Below are positions 9,416 to 20,107 of a stretch of DNA of 32,000 nt, piece by piece. The translations under genes and the position numbers were made by a program. Within the stretch, counting starts at the first letter, position 1, and each line of letters starts with the position of its first letter. Source of the DNA: Geobacter sulfurreducens PCA (GTDB taxonomy: Bacteria; Desulfobacterota; Desulfuromonadia; Geobacterales; Geobacteraceae); contig NC_002939.5 in NCBI RefSeq assembly GCF_000007985.2, positions 2,490,001 to 2,522,000 on the forward strand. The letters run 5' to 3'. Below the pieces are notes generated by a model that saw nothing but the letters and a program-made list of their open reading frames with translations, had not been told where the DNA came from and did no database searches.

Positions 9416-10219
9416 TTACTTCAGTATTCTGAACAGAGTCAGGACCAGCGCGGAGATGGCGGTCCCCGTAATCGCGCCCAGGACCACTTCGCGCATGGTG
9501 TGGATATTGAGCAGCAGGCGCGAATGGCTGACCATCACTGCCAGAGCGATGGTGAGGATGGAAATCAGAGGATCCTGGGTGGAGAGGGAAACCACCGTTG
9601 CGATGCCAAAGGCGACGGCGGCATGGCCGCTCGGCAGTCCTCCCTCCAGGGGGGTCCCCCTGCCGGACAACGACTTGAGGATCACCACAACAATCACCAC
9701 GACGAGGAGCGCTACGACCGTCCCCATCTCCGTGGGCGTTCCTATCATGGCGAGGGCCTCCTTGTAAATCGGAAAAATGTACTTGGAGAGTATCAGGTAT
9801 CCCATAACCGCCGCGCCGATGGCGGCCGTGAGCACCCCTCCAGCGGCCACGTCCTTGGCAATCTTGGCCAAGGGATGGTAGCCGGGTGACACCAGATCCA
9901 CCACCGCTTCCACAGCGGTATTCATGAGCTCAGCGAACAGCACAAAGGCGACTGAGACCGCCAGCAGCGTGAATTCGAGGGGGGTCACCCGCAGGAACAG
10001 CACCGCCACCAGCAGGCCCAAAGCGGCCAGGAAATGATACCGCATGTGCGGCTGGGTCCGTGAGGCCCAGAGAATCCCTTCAATGGCGCAGTTGGCCGAA
10101 TCAATGAACCGGCTGGGCTTAAGGGGTGCCCCGGGAGCGCGTTCCTCTTGCGGACTCCCGTCTTTCCACTGGCCGGAGCTAGACAAGTCCGCCGTTCTCG
10201 AGGAGGGCGAAGATCTCAC
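9416..10219 (-). CDS. Fusion protein: prokaryotic diacylglycerol/undecaprenol kinase (DgkA) domain plus PAP2 acid-phosphatase domain
   Basis: The N-terminal half has DgkA-like FIDSANCAIEGILWA...FAELMNTAVEAVVDLVSP...AKDVAAGGVL. The C-terminal half has PAP2 motifs: KSLSGRGTP, LPSGH and SHSRLLLNIHTMRE. The start is uncertain: GTG 10219 overlaps ybeY by 41 nt, and TTG 10189 is an alternative. Confidence 0.75.
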   Translation of the reverse strand: MRSSPSSRTADLSSSGQWKDGSPQEERAPGAPLKPSRFIDSANCAIEGILWASRTQPHMRYHFLAALGLLVAVLFLRVTPLEFTLLAVSVAFVLFAELMNTAVEAVVDLVSPGYHPLAKIAKDVAAGGVLTAAIGAAVMGYLILSKYIFPIYKEALAMIGTPTEMGTVVALLVVVIVVVILKSLSGRGTPLEGGLPSGHAAVAFGIATVVSLSTQDPLISILTIALAVMVSHSRLLLNIHTMREVVLGAITGTAISALVLTLFRILK

Positions 10220-10631
10220 GTTCCTTTGCTTCCATCCGCCGGGCTTCGGCCTCGCCGCTCCGCTCGTGATCGTACCCGGTTATGTGGAGGGTGCCGTGGA
10301 GCAGGAGGAAACAGAGCCGCGACCAGAAGGCGATGCCCGCCTCTTCCGCCTCCCGGGCCGCCGTGTCGGCCGAGATGATCACGTCACCCAGCACATCGGG
10401 ATTGAGGTCACCGAAATCCCCCTCCCCCATGGCAAACGAGATGACATTGGTGGGGCGGTCTTTGCCGAGGTAGTCGCGGTTGACCCGGCGGATGCCCAGA
10501 TCGCCGGTGATGACCACCGACAACTCGCTATCGGGATATCCCAAGGCGCCTAAGATCGTCTCCGCCACCTTTCTTAGGCGTCTCGTCCCGATCGGATGGC
10601 GTTTTTGTCTGTTCGTTATCGCTACCTTCAA
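10179..10631 (-). CDS. ybeY: rRNA maturation endoribonuclease YbeY
   Basis: Zinc motif HGTLHITGYDHE and the upstream TNVISFA element. I placed the start at TTG 10631 (GGAGG about 10 nt upstream), where the conserved N-terminus (LKVAITNRQ...) begins. The track ORF extends to 10715. Confidence 0.8.
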   Translation of the reverse strand: MKVAITNRQKRHPIGTRRLRKVAETILGALGYPDSELSVVITGDLGIRRVNRDYLGKDRPTNVISFAMGEGDFGDLNPDVLGDVIISADTAAREAEEAGIAFWSRLCFLLLHGTLHITGYDHERSGEAEARRMEAKEREIFALLENGGLV

Positions 10632-12939
10632 GGGTCTTCTTTCCTCCGGGCGTTTTGTCCTTTTCCTTGTAGGCCGGCTCCGGATAATCGATCCGGTGGT
10701 GATAGATGCCGGCAAGGATCTGGTTGAAACTCTTGGCGATCTCGTGAAGGTTTTTGAGGGTCAGTTCACACTCATCCAACTGTCCGTCGATGAAGATATT
10801 ATTGATGATCTTCTGGACCAGCCCCTGGATGCGGGCCGGTGTCGGATCGGCAAGGGTCCGGGAAGCCGCCTCCACGCAGTCTGCCAGCATCACGAGCCCT
10901 GCCTCTCGGGTCTGGGGTTTTGGGCCGGGGTAGCGGAAATCGCGCTCATTCACCGTCTGACCCTCAGTTGCCACGTTCTTTGCCTTGCCGTAGAAAAAAC
11001 TGATAAGGGCAGTCCCGTGGGATTGACGGATAATGTCGATGATCGGCCGACCCAGCCGGTGCTCGCGGGCCAGCTCCACCCCCTCCTTCACATGGGAAAT
11101 GAGAATCAGGGCGCTCATGTTGGGTGACAGCTTGTCGTGGCGATTCTCGCCACCGCCGACATTCTCGATGAAATACTGGGGTTTGCTGATTTTGCCGATG
11201 TCGTGGTAGTAGGCGGCAACTCGCGCCAGGAGCGGATTCGCGTTGATGGCCTCCGCCGCCGCCTCCACCAGGTTGCCCACAAGGACGCTATGGTGGTAGG
11301 TCCCGGGAGCGCGGACCATCAGTTCCCGGAGAATGGGGGAGTTGAGGTTGGACAGCTCCAGCAGCTTGATGTCGGTCACGTAGTGAAAAACCGTTTCAAT
11401 CAGGGGGATCACCCCGGTGACGATTGCCGAACAGACGATCCCGCCGGCCAGGGCGAATGCGGCGCTCCACAGCGTCTGGGTAGTCAGGAAGCTGTCGCCC
11501 ATGACCTGGAAAGAGAAGGCCATGGCCAGGTTCACCACGCTCACCTTGAGGCCGGCGGTATAGATCCGGCTACGGTCCTTGCAGTGGCGCACGCCGTGAG
11601 CCCCGACGATTCCCCCCAGAAGGGCGTAGACCACAACGAAGAGACTGTTGTTGAACATGATCCCCAGAAGGGGTGCCGTGATGGCCGCATAGACCATGGC
11701 CACTTCGGAATTGAGGATGATCCGGATGATCATCGGCCCCACGGCAAAGGGGAAGAGATAGAAGTAGTCGTGGGTATCGATGCTGGGGAACGGTGTCCCC
11801 AAGGCTGCGGAAACGGTCATGCCTATCTTGAAGACAAAGAAAAGCCCCACCGTGATCAGGGCGATCAGCAGCAGGTCCTTGCTGGTCGGGTTAAATTTGC
11901 GGATGTTCTTACGCGCGAAGCGGTAGGGGAAATAGAAGAGGACCAGCACAAGCCCCATGATGCCGATGGCGGTGAAAAGGTGGTGAATGCCGTGGCGGGC
12001 CGCGAAGAGCATCTCGAGCTTCTGGGCCTGGTCTTCGGTTATCCGCTCGCCGACCCGGACGATCATTTCGCCCCGCTTGACCTGAATATAGGAAGGACGG
12101 ACGCTTTCCCTGGCCTGCATCCTGTTGCGGATGGTCAGATCATCGTTAAAGGAAAGATTGGGCTTCACCGCTTTGGCCACGAGCCCCTTGAGCGACTCGG
12201 TTTCCCGCTGCGAAACCCCGCCGGCGGCGATGCGTACTTCCTTGAGCGCAGCACCGGCCTCTTCGACGCTGAGCGGCGCGACCGCGTACTCCATCTTGCC
12301 CAGCGGCTCCCCCGAGCGGGAATCCACAAGCGTAATGCCGTGGGCGCTGTCGGCGGCGAACCGCCCCTTGTCAGCAATGATCTTGTGGCTGTAGAGGTGA
12401 TCGGCCAGTTGAGATACCTGCTCGATCAGCTCGGAACTGGAGCCGAGCCGCATAAGCGCGGCAATCTCCGCCCGGGAAGGAGCGAATCCGAAGATGTCGC
12501 TCAACGCCTCATCCACGGAGGCCTGCTCAGCGTCCTGCTGATGGGTCGCGGCCTCCCGCAGCACCACGAGCGCCTGCTCGAACCGCTTCACGAGTTCGGC
12601 CGCCGCCTGCTGGTCGAAGCTGTACACAAAAGGAACGGCGTTCTCCGCCTCCTTGCGCTTGCGTTCGGTCAGTGCGCGGTCTTCCAGCAGATGGTCGCGG
12701 GTAGCACGGATGTCGGTGGAGGCAATGTCGCCCGCCTCATGGCGGACAGACATGAACTCCTGACGGGGGAAAATGACGAACGTGAGAATGATGGCCGTGG
12801 CGACCAGGAGAATCCGCCGGTTTCTGTTTTCGTGCCTCGGACTGGAGAACCGTTCGAACAGGTTGTCCACAAGGCGTCCCAGCGAGAGCGACAGTGAGCC
12901 GCGTATGTCCCGATCGTTGTTGCCGCTTTGAGAGGGCAT
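10528..12939 (-). CDS. 7TM receptor with intracellular HD/HDIG phosphohydrolase domain (YqfF/PgpH-like)
   Basis: 803 aa. It has an extracytoplasmic N-terminal region, a 7-helix hydrophobic block, and an HD domain (HHSVLVGNL...AAYYHDIGK...HVKEG...IIRQSHG). It sits in the conserved position upstream of ybeY. Confidence 0.85.
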   Translation of the reverse strand: MPSQSGNNDRDIRGSLSLSLGRLVDNLFERFSSPRHENRNRRILLVATAIILTFVIFPRQEFMSVRHEAGDIASTDIRATRDHLLEDRALTERKRKEAENAVPFVYSFDQQAAAELVKRFEQALVVLREAATHQQDAEQASVDEALSDIFGFAPSRAEIAALMRLGSSSELIEQVSQLADHLYSHKIIADKGRFAADSAHGITLVDSRSGEPLGKMEYAVAPLSVEEAGAALKEVRIAAGGVSQRETESLKGLVAKAVKPNLSFNDDLTIRNRMQARESVRPSYIQVKRGEMIVRVGERITEDQAQKLEMLFAARHGIHHLFTAIGIMGLVLVLFYFPYRFARKNIRKFNPTSKDLLLIALITVGLFFVFKIGMTVSAALGTPFPSIDTHDYFYLFPFAVGPMIIRIILNSEVAMVYAAITAPLLGIMFNNSLFVVVYALLGGIVGAHGVRHCKDRSRIYTAGLKVSVVNLAMAFSFQVMGDSFLTTQTLWSAAFALAGGIVCSAIVTGVIPLIETVFHYVTDIKLLELSNLNSPILRELMVRAPGTYHHSVLVGNLVEAAAEAINANPLLARVAAYYHDIGKISKPQYFIENVGGGENRHDKLSPNMSALILISHVKEGVELAREHRLGRPIIDIIRQSHGTALISFFYGKAKNVATEGQTVNERDFRYPGPKPQTREAGLVMLADCVEAASRTLADPTPARIQGLVQKIINNIFIDGQLDECELTLKNLHEIAKSFNQILAGIYHHRIDYPEPAYKEKDKTPGGKKTLEGSDNEQTKTPSDRDETPKKGGGDDLRRLGISR

Positions 12940-13164
12940 AGAATTACTTGTCTGGTGCAGCGTTGCCGCGGTTTGACATCAATTGAGGCGCAGGCACATC
13001 CCCGCGATTGTCCGGTTTGACCAAGTAATTACTATATCGTTCTTCTTTCCTGCGTGTCAATTTAGGATTAAAGGTGTTTCCATTTCATGAGGGCTCTGCT
13101 ATATACTTTCCCTGTTTTGTCCAAGGTCAGACGACCTGTCACATTCTCAGCAAGGGGGCCATGA

Positions 13165-14451
<1,287 letters not shown>

Positions 14452-14482
14452 ACCGGCGCCGGCCGACACTTCTCAAACGTAC

Positions 14483-14509
14483 AAAAGGCGGGGGCATCCC
14501 CGCCTTTTT
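14483..14509. terminator. Bidirectional rho-independent terminator between convergent eno and the response regulator gene
   Basis: AAAA GGCGGGG GCAT CCCCGCC TTTTT. A perfect 7-bp GC stem (14487..14493 with 14498..14504), flanked by an A-run and a T-run. Confidence 0.8.
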
Positions 14510-14540
14510 ACTTATGGCTACCGGCGACTGAATCGCCCGC

Positions 14541-14951
14541 TCAGGCAGACCGAGCGGGTATTCCCAGCCGATTGAGCACTTCCGACATCCTTCCTGCATC
14601 CAACGGCTTCTGAAGAAAATGGGCCGCGCCCAACTTGCCGCAGGCTTCCATGTCCCGCTCATGATCCGACGATGTGAGCACTACCACGGGAATGTCGCGG
14701 GTTTCCTCCCGCTTTCGCATCTCGCGCAGGACATCGACTCCGTCCACCCTTGGCAGCTTCAGATCCAGGAGAACGAACCGGGGCGGCACCCGGTTCTCAG
14801 CAACCGTCAGATAGCGAAGGGCTTCGACACCGTCCTTTACCACATCGATCCGCGAAAGAGCCGGGAATTTTTTAAGCACCCGCCGAGTTAGAAACTCCTC
14901 GTCGGGATTATCCTCCACAAGCAGCATGGTTATTTCTTCAGTGCCAGCCAT
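14541..14951 (-). CDS. Single-domain response regulator (CheY-like receiver)
   Basis: MLLVEDNPDEEFL...FVLLDLKLPRVDGVDVLREMR...PVVVLTSS...FLQKP. Start set at ATG 14951, with GGAGG upstream. It lies 48 nt downstream of the kinase gene. Confidence 0.85.
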   Translation of the reverse strand: MAGTEEITMLLVEDNPDEEFLTRRVLKKFPALSRIDVVKDGVEALRYLTVAENRVPPRFVLLDLKLPRVDGVDVLREMRKREETRDIPVVVLTSSDHERDMEACGKLGAAHFLQKPLDAGRMSEVLNRLGIPARSA

Positions 14952-14999
14952 GACGTCCTCCCCTCTCCACCTGTTACCCGTTAGATGCAAAAACCGCGC

Positions 15000-16580
15000 T
15001 CAACCCATATCCGAAGACTGGAACGAGCAGACAACCATAGTTCCTTTTCCTTCACTGCTGTCGATTCTAACATAACCGCCATGGCGATCGACAATTCTTT
15101 TAACCAATGCAAGCCCCACGCCGGTGCCGGGAAATTCGTCATGGCCATGAAGACGTTCAAAGGGGCGGAAGAGCCGCTCGGCATAGGCCATATCGAATCC
15201 AGCACCATTGTCGAGGATGAAAAACGCCCCTTCGGCGGATGCAACCGCCCCGAATTCGATGAGCCCTTCAGGCTTGCTCCCCGTGAACTTCCAGGCGTTG
15301 CCCACGAGATTGTCGAGGACCACCGAAACCAGGCGAGGATCGGCGTCCACGTGGACGCCGGGCTCGATGATCACGGCCACGCGCCGCTGGGGCTCGCTCT
15401 CCCGCAGATCGGCAATGATGCGTTCAACCATGGCACTCAGATTCACCTTTTCACGGCAGAGCTCGCCACGGCTCACCTGAGTGAGGCTCATGATCGCGGC
15501 GACGACACGCCCCATCTGGTCGCAGGTGGACATGATCCTCTCAAGATAGAACCGGCCGGCGCTGTCCAGCTTGTCGCTGAAATCCTCTTCCAGCGCCAGG
15601 CAGAATCCCTTGAGCCTTACCAGCGGGGCGCGCAGGTCATGGGAAACCGAATAGTTGAACGACTCCATCTCCCGGTTGGCCTTCTCAAGTTCTGCTGTTC
15701 GCCTGATGACACGCTGCTCCAGCTCGTTATTGAGGGCGCTGATCGCCTCCTGGGCCTTGCTGCGTTCCGCTTCGCGCTGTTCCAGGGCGGTCACCATCCC
15801 GTTGAATGCGCCCGCCAACCGTCCCACCTCGTCGGAGGTCACGACGTCGACTTTTCTGAAATCGCCGTCGCGCAATGCACGGACTCCGTCCGTTAGCCGA
15901 TCGAGGGGCCGGGTAACCTTGCGGCCGATGACATAGGCGAGAATGCCCCAGAGAATAATTGCCGCCAGGGCAATCAGAACGCTGTTGACCACCAGAAACC
16001 TGAAGGCATTGGTAACGCTCCCCTTGTCGAAGATCACCCGGGCGAAACCTATGGTGCGTTCGTGAATATCCTGGGAGCTTGCACCGAAGTAAAGTTCCTC
16101 CTCGGAAAAGCTGCCCGCCTCCAGAATGATTGGCGCCCAGAATTCAACGGAAGTCGCTGTTTCGAACCGGATGGGGCCGGGAGACATTTTCAGCGCCCCC
16201 TTCGCTTCAGGCGGTAGTGGGCGCGGCGGAGATGCGTTGTCCAGCGCTCCACGCTCTTCGAGGATCGGCTTCCCTTCAGGGGAATAGACCCCGGCAGACA
16301 CCACCCCTTCGTAAGAGGTCACCCCGTCAAGGGCACCCTTGATGAACCCTTGATTGTGGGTAACGACACCGATCCGGGCATTGAAGGCGAGCACTCGTGC
16401 AAGAGAGGTTCCCTCCCGCATGAATGCCTCGCGGGCCAATTGCCAACGGTCAAAGAGATAGAAACCGGCAAAGAAGAAAACCACGACAAGGAACAGGAGA
16501 CCGAACGAGAGGAAAATCCTCGCCGAGAGTTTTTCCTTGGCGATGGCAAGGGGAGAGCGCATGGGGACCGCCTGTATCAT
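15000..16580 (-). CDS. Sensor histidine kinase (TM - extracytoplasmic domain - TM - HAMP - HisKA - HATPase_c)
   Basis: H-box FNYSVSHDLRAPL. N, G1 and G2 boxes: NLVGNAWKF, DNGAGFD, GTGVGLALV. The first ATG is at 16580; ATG 16562 (MRSPL...) is an alternative; the track ORF begins at TTG 16628. Confidence 0.85.
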   Translation of the reverse strand: MIQAVPMRSPLAIAKEKLSARIFLSFGLLFLVVVFFFAGFYLFDRWQLAREAFMREGTSLARVLAFNARIGVVTHNQGFIKGALDGVTSYEGVVSAGVYSPEGKPILEERGALDNASPPRPLPPEAKGALKMSPGPIRFETATSVEFWAPIILEAGSFSEEELYFGASSQDIHERTIGFARVIFDKGSVTNAFRFLVVNSVLIALAAIILWGILAYVIGRKVTRPLDRLTDGVRALRDGDFRKVDVVTSDEVGRLAGAFNGMVTALEQREAERSKAQEAISALNNELEQRVIRRTAELEKANREMESFNYSVSHDLRAPLVRLKGFCLALEEDFSDKLDSAGRFYLERIMSTCDQMGRVVAAIMSLTQVSRGELCREKVNLSAMVERIIADLRESEPQRRVAVIIEPGVHVDADPRLVSVVLDNLVGNAWKFTGSKPEGLIEFGAVASAEGAFFILDNGAGFDMAYAERLFRPFERLHGHDEFPGTGVGLALVKRIVDRHGGYVRIDSSEGKGTMVVCSFQSSDMG

Positions 16581-16802
16581 GAGCGAGGCAGCGTTATGAA
16601 AAGGCCGACACGCATGTGGGACCGGCAATTAAGGCCGCCGGAGGCGGCACGAAGGCATCTTCGAATGGGAAGTCCCGGTACAGTCAGACATTTTATTCAG
16701 ACTGTAGAACTACCAGCAACTCCATGTTTTGTCCAGGTTTTTCCGGAACGCCCCACCGCCGGCACGGTTACATCGATGAACCGGCCACGAGCGGCAGATG
16801 TG

Positions 16803-16811
16803 TGCTATACT
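16803..16811 (+). promoter_or_regulatory. Candidate extended -10 promoter element (TGcTATACT) for pncB
   Basis: TG-n-TATACT lies about 30 nt upstream of the pncB ATG. No convincing -35 element. Pattern match only. Confidence 0.25.
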
Positions 16812-16841
16812 CACGAAAAATCGAGCACGGAGGGCCGTTCC

Positions 16842-18287
16842 ATGCGCTACTCCCCCCTTCTCACCGACCTCTATCAGCTGACCATGCTCGCCGGCTACCT
16901 GGACGAAGGCATGGCGGAGACTCCGGCAGTCTTTGATCTCTTTTTTCGCCACAACCCTTTCCAGGGTGGCTATGCAGTCTTCGCCGGACTCGACACGGCC
17001 CTCGACTTTCTCGAACACCTCGAGTTCAGCGAAGACGAGATCGAGTATCTCCAGGGGCTCGGTCTCTTCCGGCCGGCGTTCATCGATTTTCTCCGTTCGT
17101 TCCGTTTCAGGGGAAGGGTAACGGCCCCTCCCGAAGGAACGGTGGTCTTCGCCAATGAGCCGCTGGTCACGGTGGATGCGCCCCTGGCCCAGGCCCAACT
17201 GGTGGAAACCGCGCTCCTCAATATCATCAACTTCCAGACGCTCGTGGCCACGAAGGCCGCCCGGATCGTTCACGCGGCAGCGGACGGAACCGTTCTCGAG
17301 TTCGGCCTTCGACGCGCCCAGGGCCCCGACGGCGGCCTGAGCGAAGCCAGGGCTGCCTACGTGGGAGGGGTACGCAGCACCAGCAACGTCCTGGCGGGCA
17401 AGACCTTCGGCATCCCGGTGCGCGGCACTCACGCCCACAGCTGGATCATGGCCTTTTCCGACGAATTGACGGCGTTCAGGAAATACGCTGAGGTCTTCCC
17501 CGACTCCTGCATTCTCCTGGTGGATACCTATGACACTCTCAGGAGCGGCCTGCCCAACGCAATCACCGTTGCGCGGGAGTTGCGGGCCAAGGGACACGAA
17601 TTGGTCGGGGTACGGATCGACTCGGGCGATCTGGCCTACCTCTCGCGCCAGGCACGGCGGCTGTTCGACGAAGCGGGGTTCCCCAATGTCCGGATCGTCG
17701 CCTCCAATGAGCTGGACGAATTCGTCATCGAGTCGATCCGGGCCGAAGGGGGATGTGTCGACATCTACGGCGTGGGAACCCGGCTCGCCACCTGTGCCGG
17801 GGAGGGAGGAGGCGCCCTGGGAGGTGTCTACAAACTGGTCCGGATCGGCGATCGACCGCGGCTCAAGGTGACGAGTGACCTGGCAAAGGCGACCCTGCCT
17901 GACCGGAAGCGGCTCCTGCGGGCCGTGGCGGCCGACGGCACCTTCATCCAGGACGTGATCTGCCTGGATGGCGAAGAGGTGCTTCCCGGCCATACGGTCT
18001 TTGATCCGGCCAATCCTCTGCAGCATGTGACCATCCCGATGAAGGCCCGCCTTGAAGACGTCCGTTCCGTTGCCATGGAGAACGGCAGGCGGACCGCCTC
18101 ACGATCCGTTTCACTCGACCGGATGGCCGATCGGTCACGGAATCAACTCGCCCTCCTCCCGCAGGGATGCCTTCGGTTCATCAACCCGCACCGCTACAAG
18201 GTTTCCATCAGCCAAGGGCTCAATGACCTGCGACTTCGCCTCATGGAGGAGGTGCGGCACGGGTATCACGACATTGCCAATCCGTAA
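16842..18287 (+). CDS. pncB: Nicotinate phosphoribosyltransferase
   Basis: [19 protein letters not shown]..., [11 protein letters not shown], and [12 protein letters not shown] are typical of NAPRTase. Start set at ATG 16842, with GGAGGG upstream. The track ORF begins far upstream at 16350. Confidence 0.9.
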   Translation: MRYSPLLTDLYQLTMLAGYLDEGMAETPAVFDLFFRHNPFQGGYAVFAGLDTALDFLEHLEFSEDEIEYLQGLGLFRPAFIDFLRSFRFRGRVTAPPEGTVVFANEPLVTVDAPLAQAQLVETALLNIINFQTLVATKAARIVHAAADGTVLEFGLRRAQGPDGGLSEARAAYVGGVRSTSNVLAGKTFGIPVRGTHAHSWIMAFSDELTAFRKYAEVFPDSCILLVDTYDTLRSGLPNAITVARELRAKGHELVGVRIDSGDLAYLSRQARRLFDEAGFPNVRIVASNELDEFVIESIRAEGGCVDIYGVGTRLATCAGEGGGALGGVYKLVRIGDRPRLKVTSDLAKATLPDRKRLLRAVAADGTFIQDVICLDGEEVLPGHTVFDPANPLQHVTIPMKARLEDVRSVAMENGRRTASRSVSLDRMADRSRNQLALLPQGCLRFINPHRYKVSISQGLNDLRLRLMEEVRHGYHDIANP

Positions 18288-18300
18288 AGGAGCATATGCC

Positions 18301-18906
18301 ATGGAAAACGATGCCGCCCTTCTCATCGTCGACGTCCAGAATGACTTCTGCCCAGGCGGAAGTCTGGCCGTCCCCGAGGGGGACACCGTGGTTCCTGTCC
18401 TCAACGGCTATATCAGTGTCTTCCGCACAGCCGGACTCCCCATCTTCGCCTCACGGGACTGGCACCCGCGGATGACGTCCCATTTCAAGGAACACGGCGG
18501 GCAGTGGCCGGTCCATTGCGTGCAGGGAAGCCACGGCGCACAGTTTCATCCAGACCTGGCACTTCCCGGCAACGCTATCGTCATATCGAAGGGAATGGAT
18601 CCGGAACGGGACGACTATTCGGCGTTCCAGGGAACTGCGGCCGACGGGACGCCCCTCCCGACCCTGCTCGCCGCCCGTGGCATCCGCCATCTGTACCTGG
18701 GAGGACTTGCCACCGATTACTGCGTGAAGGAATCGGCTCTCGAAGGAATCCGGCACGGTCTCATCGTCACTGTGCTGACCGATGCATCACGGGGAGTCGA
18801 TCTCGCCCCCGGCGACTCGGAGCGGGCGGTGCAGGAAATGATGCGGGCGGGGGTGCGGATGACATCCCTTGAGGGCATCAGACAGGAACAACGGCTGCGG
18901 GAGTGA
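18301..18906 (+). CDS. pncA: Nicotinamidase/pyrazinamidase (isochorismatase family)
   Basis: ALLIVDVQNDFCPGGSLAV, and LYLGGLATDYCVKES with the catalytic Cys. ATG 18301 has AAAGGAG upstream. It immediately follows pncB. Confidence 0.9.
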   Translation: MENDAALLIVDVQNDFCPGGSLAVPEGDTVVPVLNGYISVFRTAGLPIFASRDWHPRMTSHFKEHGGQWPVHCVQGSHGAQFHPDLALPGNAIVISKGMDPERDDYSAFQGTAADGTPLPTLLAARGIRHLYLGGLATDYCVKESALEGIRHGLIVTVLTDASRGVDLAPGDSERAVQEMMRAGVRMTSLEGIRQEQRLRE

Positions 18907-19031
18907 AAATACGACGAAAAGGTATGGTATCGGATGACTCGTAGTTCTGGCAAAAACCGGAAAAACGTGCTATTGCTACCCCAACTCGACCATTTCATCG
19001 TATTTTCATATAGTTCAAGGAGACTAAACCC

Positions 19032-20099
19032 ATGATTCGCACGAGCAACCTGAAGATCAAAAGTATTACCCCCATCATTGCACCGGGGGAATTACGCCAG
19101 GTGTTTCCCCAGTCGGAGGAGGCGGCCGAGTTCGTCAACTCCAGCCGCGCCCATATCAAGAATATCCTCAAGGGCAAGGATCCGCGCCTGATGGTGGTGG
19201 TGGGCCCCTGTTCCATTCACGATCCGAAATCGGCTCTGGAGTATGCGGGGCGGCTGGCACGCCTGGCGGCCGAACTGTCGGATCAGCTATTCATCGTGAT
19301 GCGGGTCTACTTCGAAAAGCCCCGCACTACCGTAGGCTGGAAGGGACTCATCAATGACCCCGACATGAACGGCACCCATCAGATATCCAAGGGGCTCGGC
19401 ATCGCCCGGCGGCTGCTGTCCGAAATAACGGAAATGCTCCTGCCGGTGGCAACCGAAATGCTTGACCCCATCACGCCCGACTACCTCGCGGATTGCATCT
19501 CCTGGGGAGCCATCGGCGCTCGTACCACCGAGAGCCAGACCCACCGCGAGATGGCCAGCGGCCTCTCGTTCCCCGTGGGATTCAAGAACGGCACCGACGG
19601 CAATCTCCAGATAGCCATCGACGCCATGAATGCGGCACTCCATTCCCACAGCTTTCTCGGCGTCAACCGGGAGGGGCGCACCTCCATCATTCAGACCACC
19701 GGCAACCCCGATGTCCACATCGTCCTGCGGGGAGGCAAAAAACCGAACTATTTCCCCGAAGACATCAGAAAGACCGAAGAGATGCTGGAAAAGGGGGGGC
19801 TCTTCCCCACCATCATGGTCGACTGCAGCCACGGCAACTCGGAAAAACGCCACGAGAAGCAGCCCGACGTACTCTCTTCCGTCGTGGACCAGATTGCGGC
19901 CGGCAACCGCTCCATCTCCGGCGTCATGATCGAGAGTTTTCTGGAAGAAGGGAACCAGTCGATCCCCAGAGATCTCTCAACCCTCAAGTACGGCGTATCC
20001 ATCACCGACAAGTGCATTGACTGGAAGACCACCGAAACCATCCTGCGCTCGGCCCACGACCGCCTCAAGGCCGCGGGAGGCAGGCCCCTGCACGGGTAA
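19032..20099 (+). CDS. aroG: 3-deoxy-7-phosphoheptulonate (DAHP) synthase, class I
   Basis: Near-collinear with E. coli AroG/F/H: RLMVVVGPCSIHDP, VMRVYFEKPRTTVGWKGLINDP, SWGAIGARTTESQTHREMASGLS.PVGFKNGTDG. Feedback specificity cannot be read from the sequence. Confidence 0.92.
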   Translation: MIRTSNLKIKSITPIIAPGELRQVFPQSEEAAEFVNSSRAHIKNILKGKDPRLMVVVGPCSIHDPKSALEYAGRLARLAAELSDQLFIVMRVYFEKPRTTVGWKGLINDPDMNGTHQISKGLGIARRLLSEITEMLLPVATEMLDPITPDYLADCISWGAIGARTTESQTHREMASGLSFPVGFKNGTDGNLQIAIDAMNAALHSHSFLGVNREGRTSIIQTTGNPDVHIVLRGGKKPNYFPEDIRKTEEMLEKGGLFPTIMVDCSHGNSEKRHEKQPDVLSSVVDQIAAGNRSISGVMIESFLEEGNQSIPRDLSTLKYGVSITDKCIDWKTTETILRSAHDRLKAAGGRPLHG

Positions 20100-20107
20100 G
20101 CCCACGG

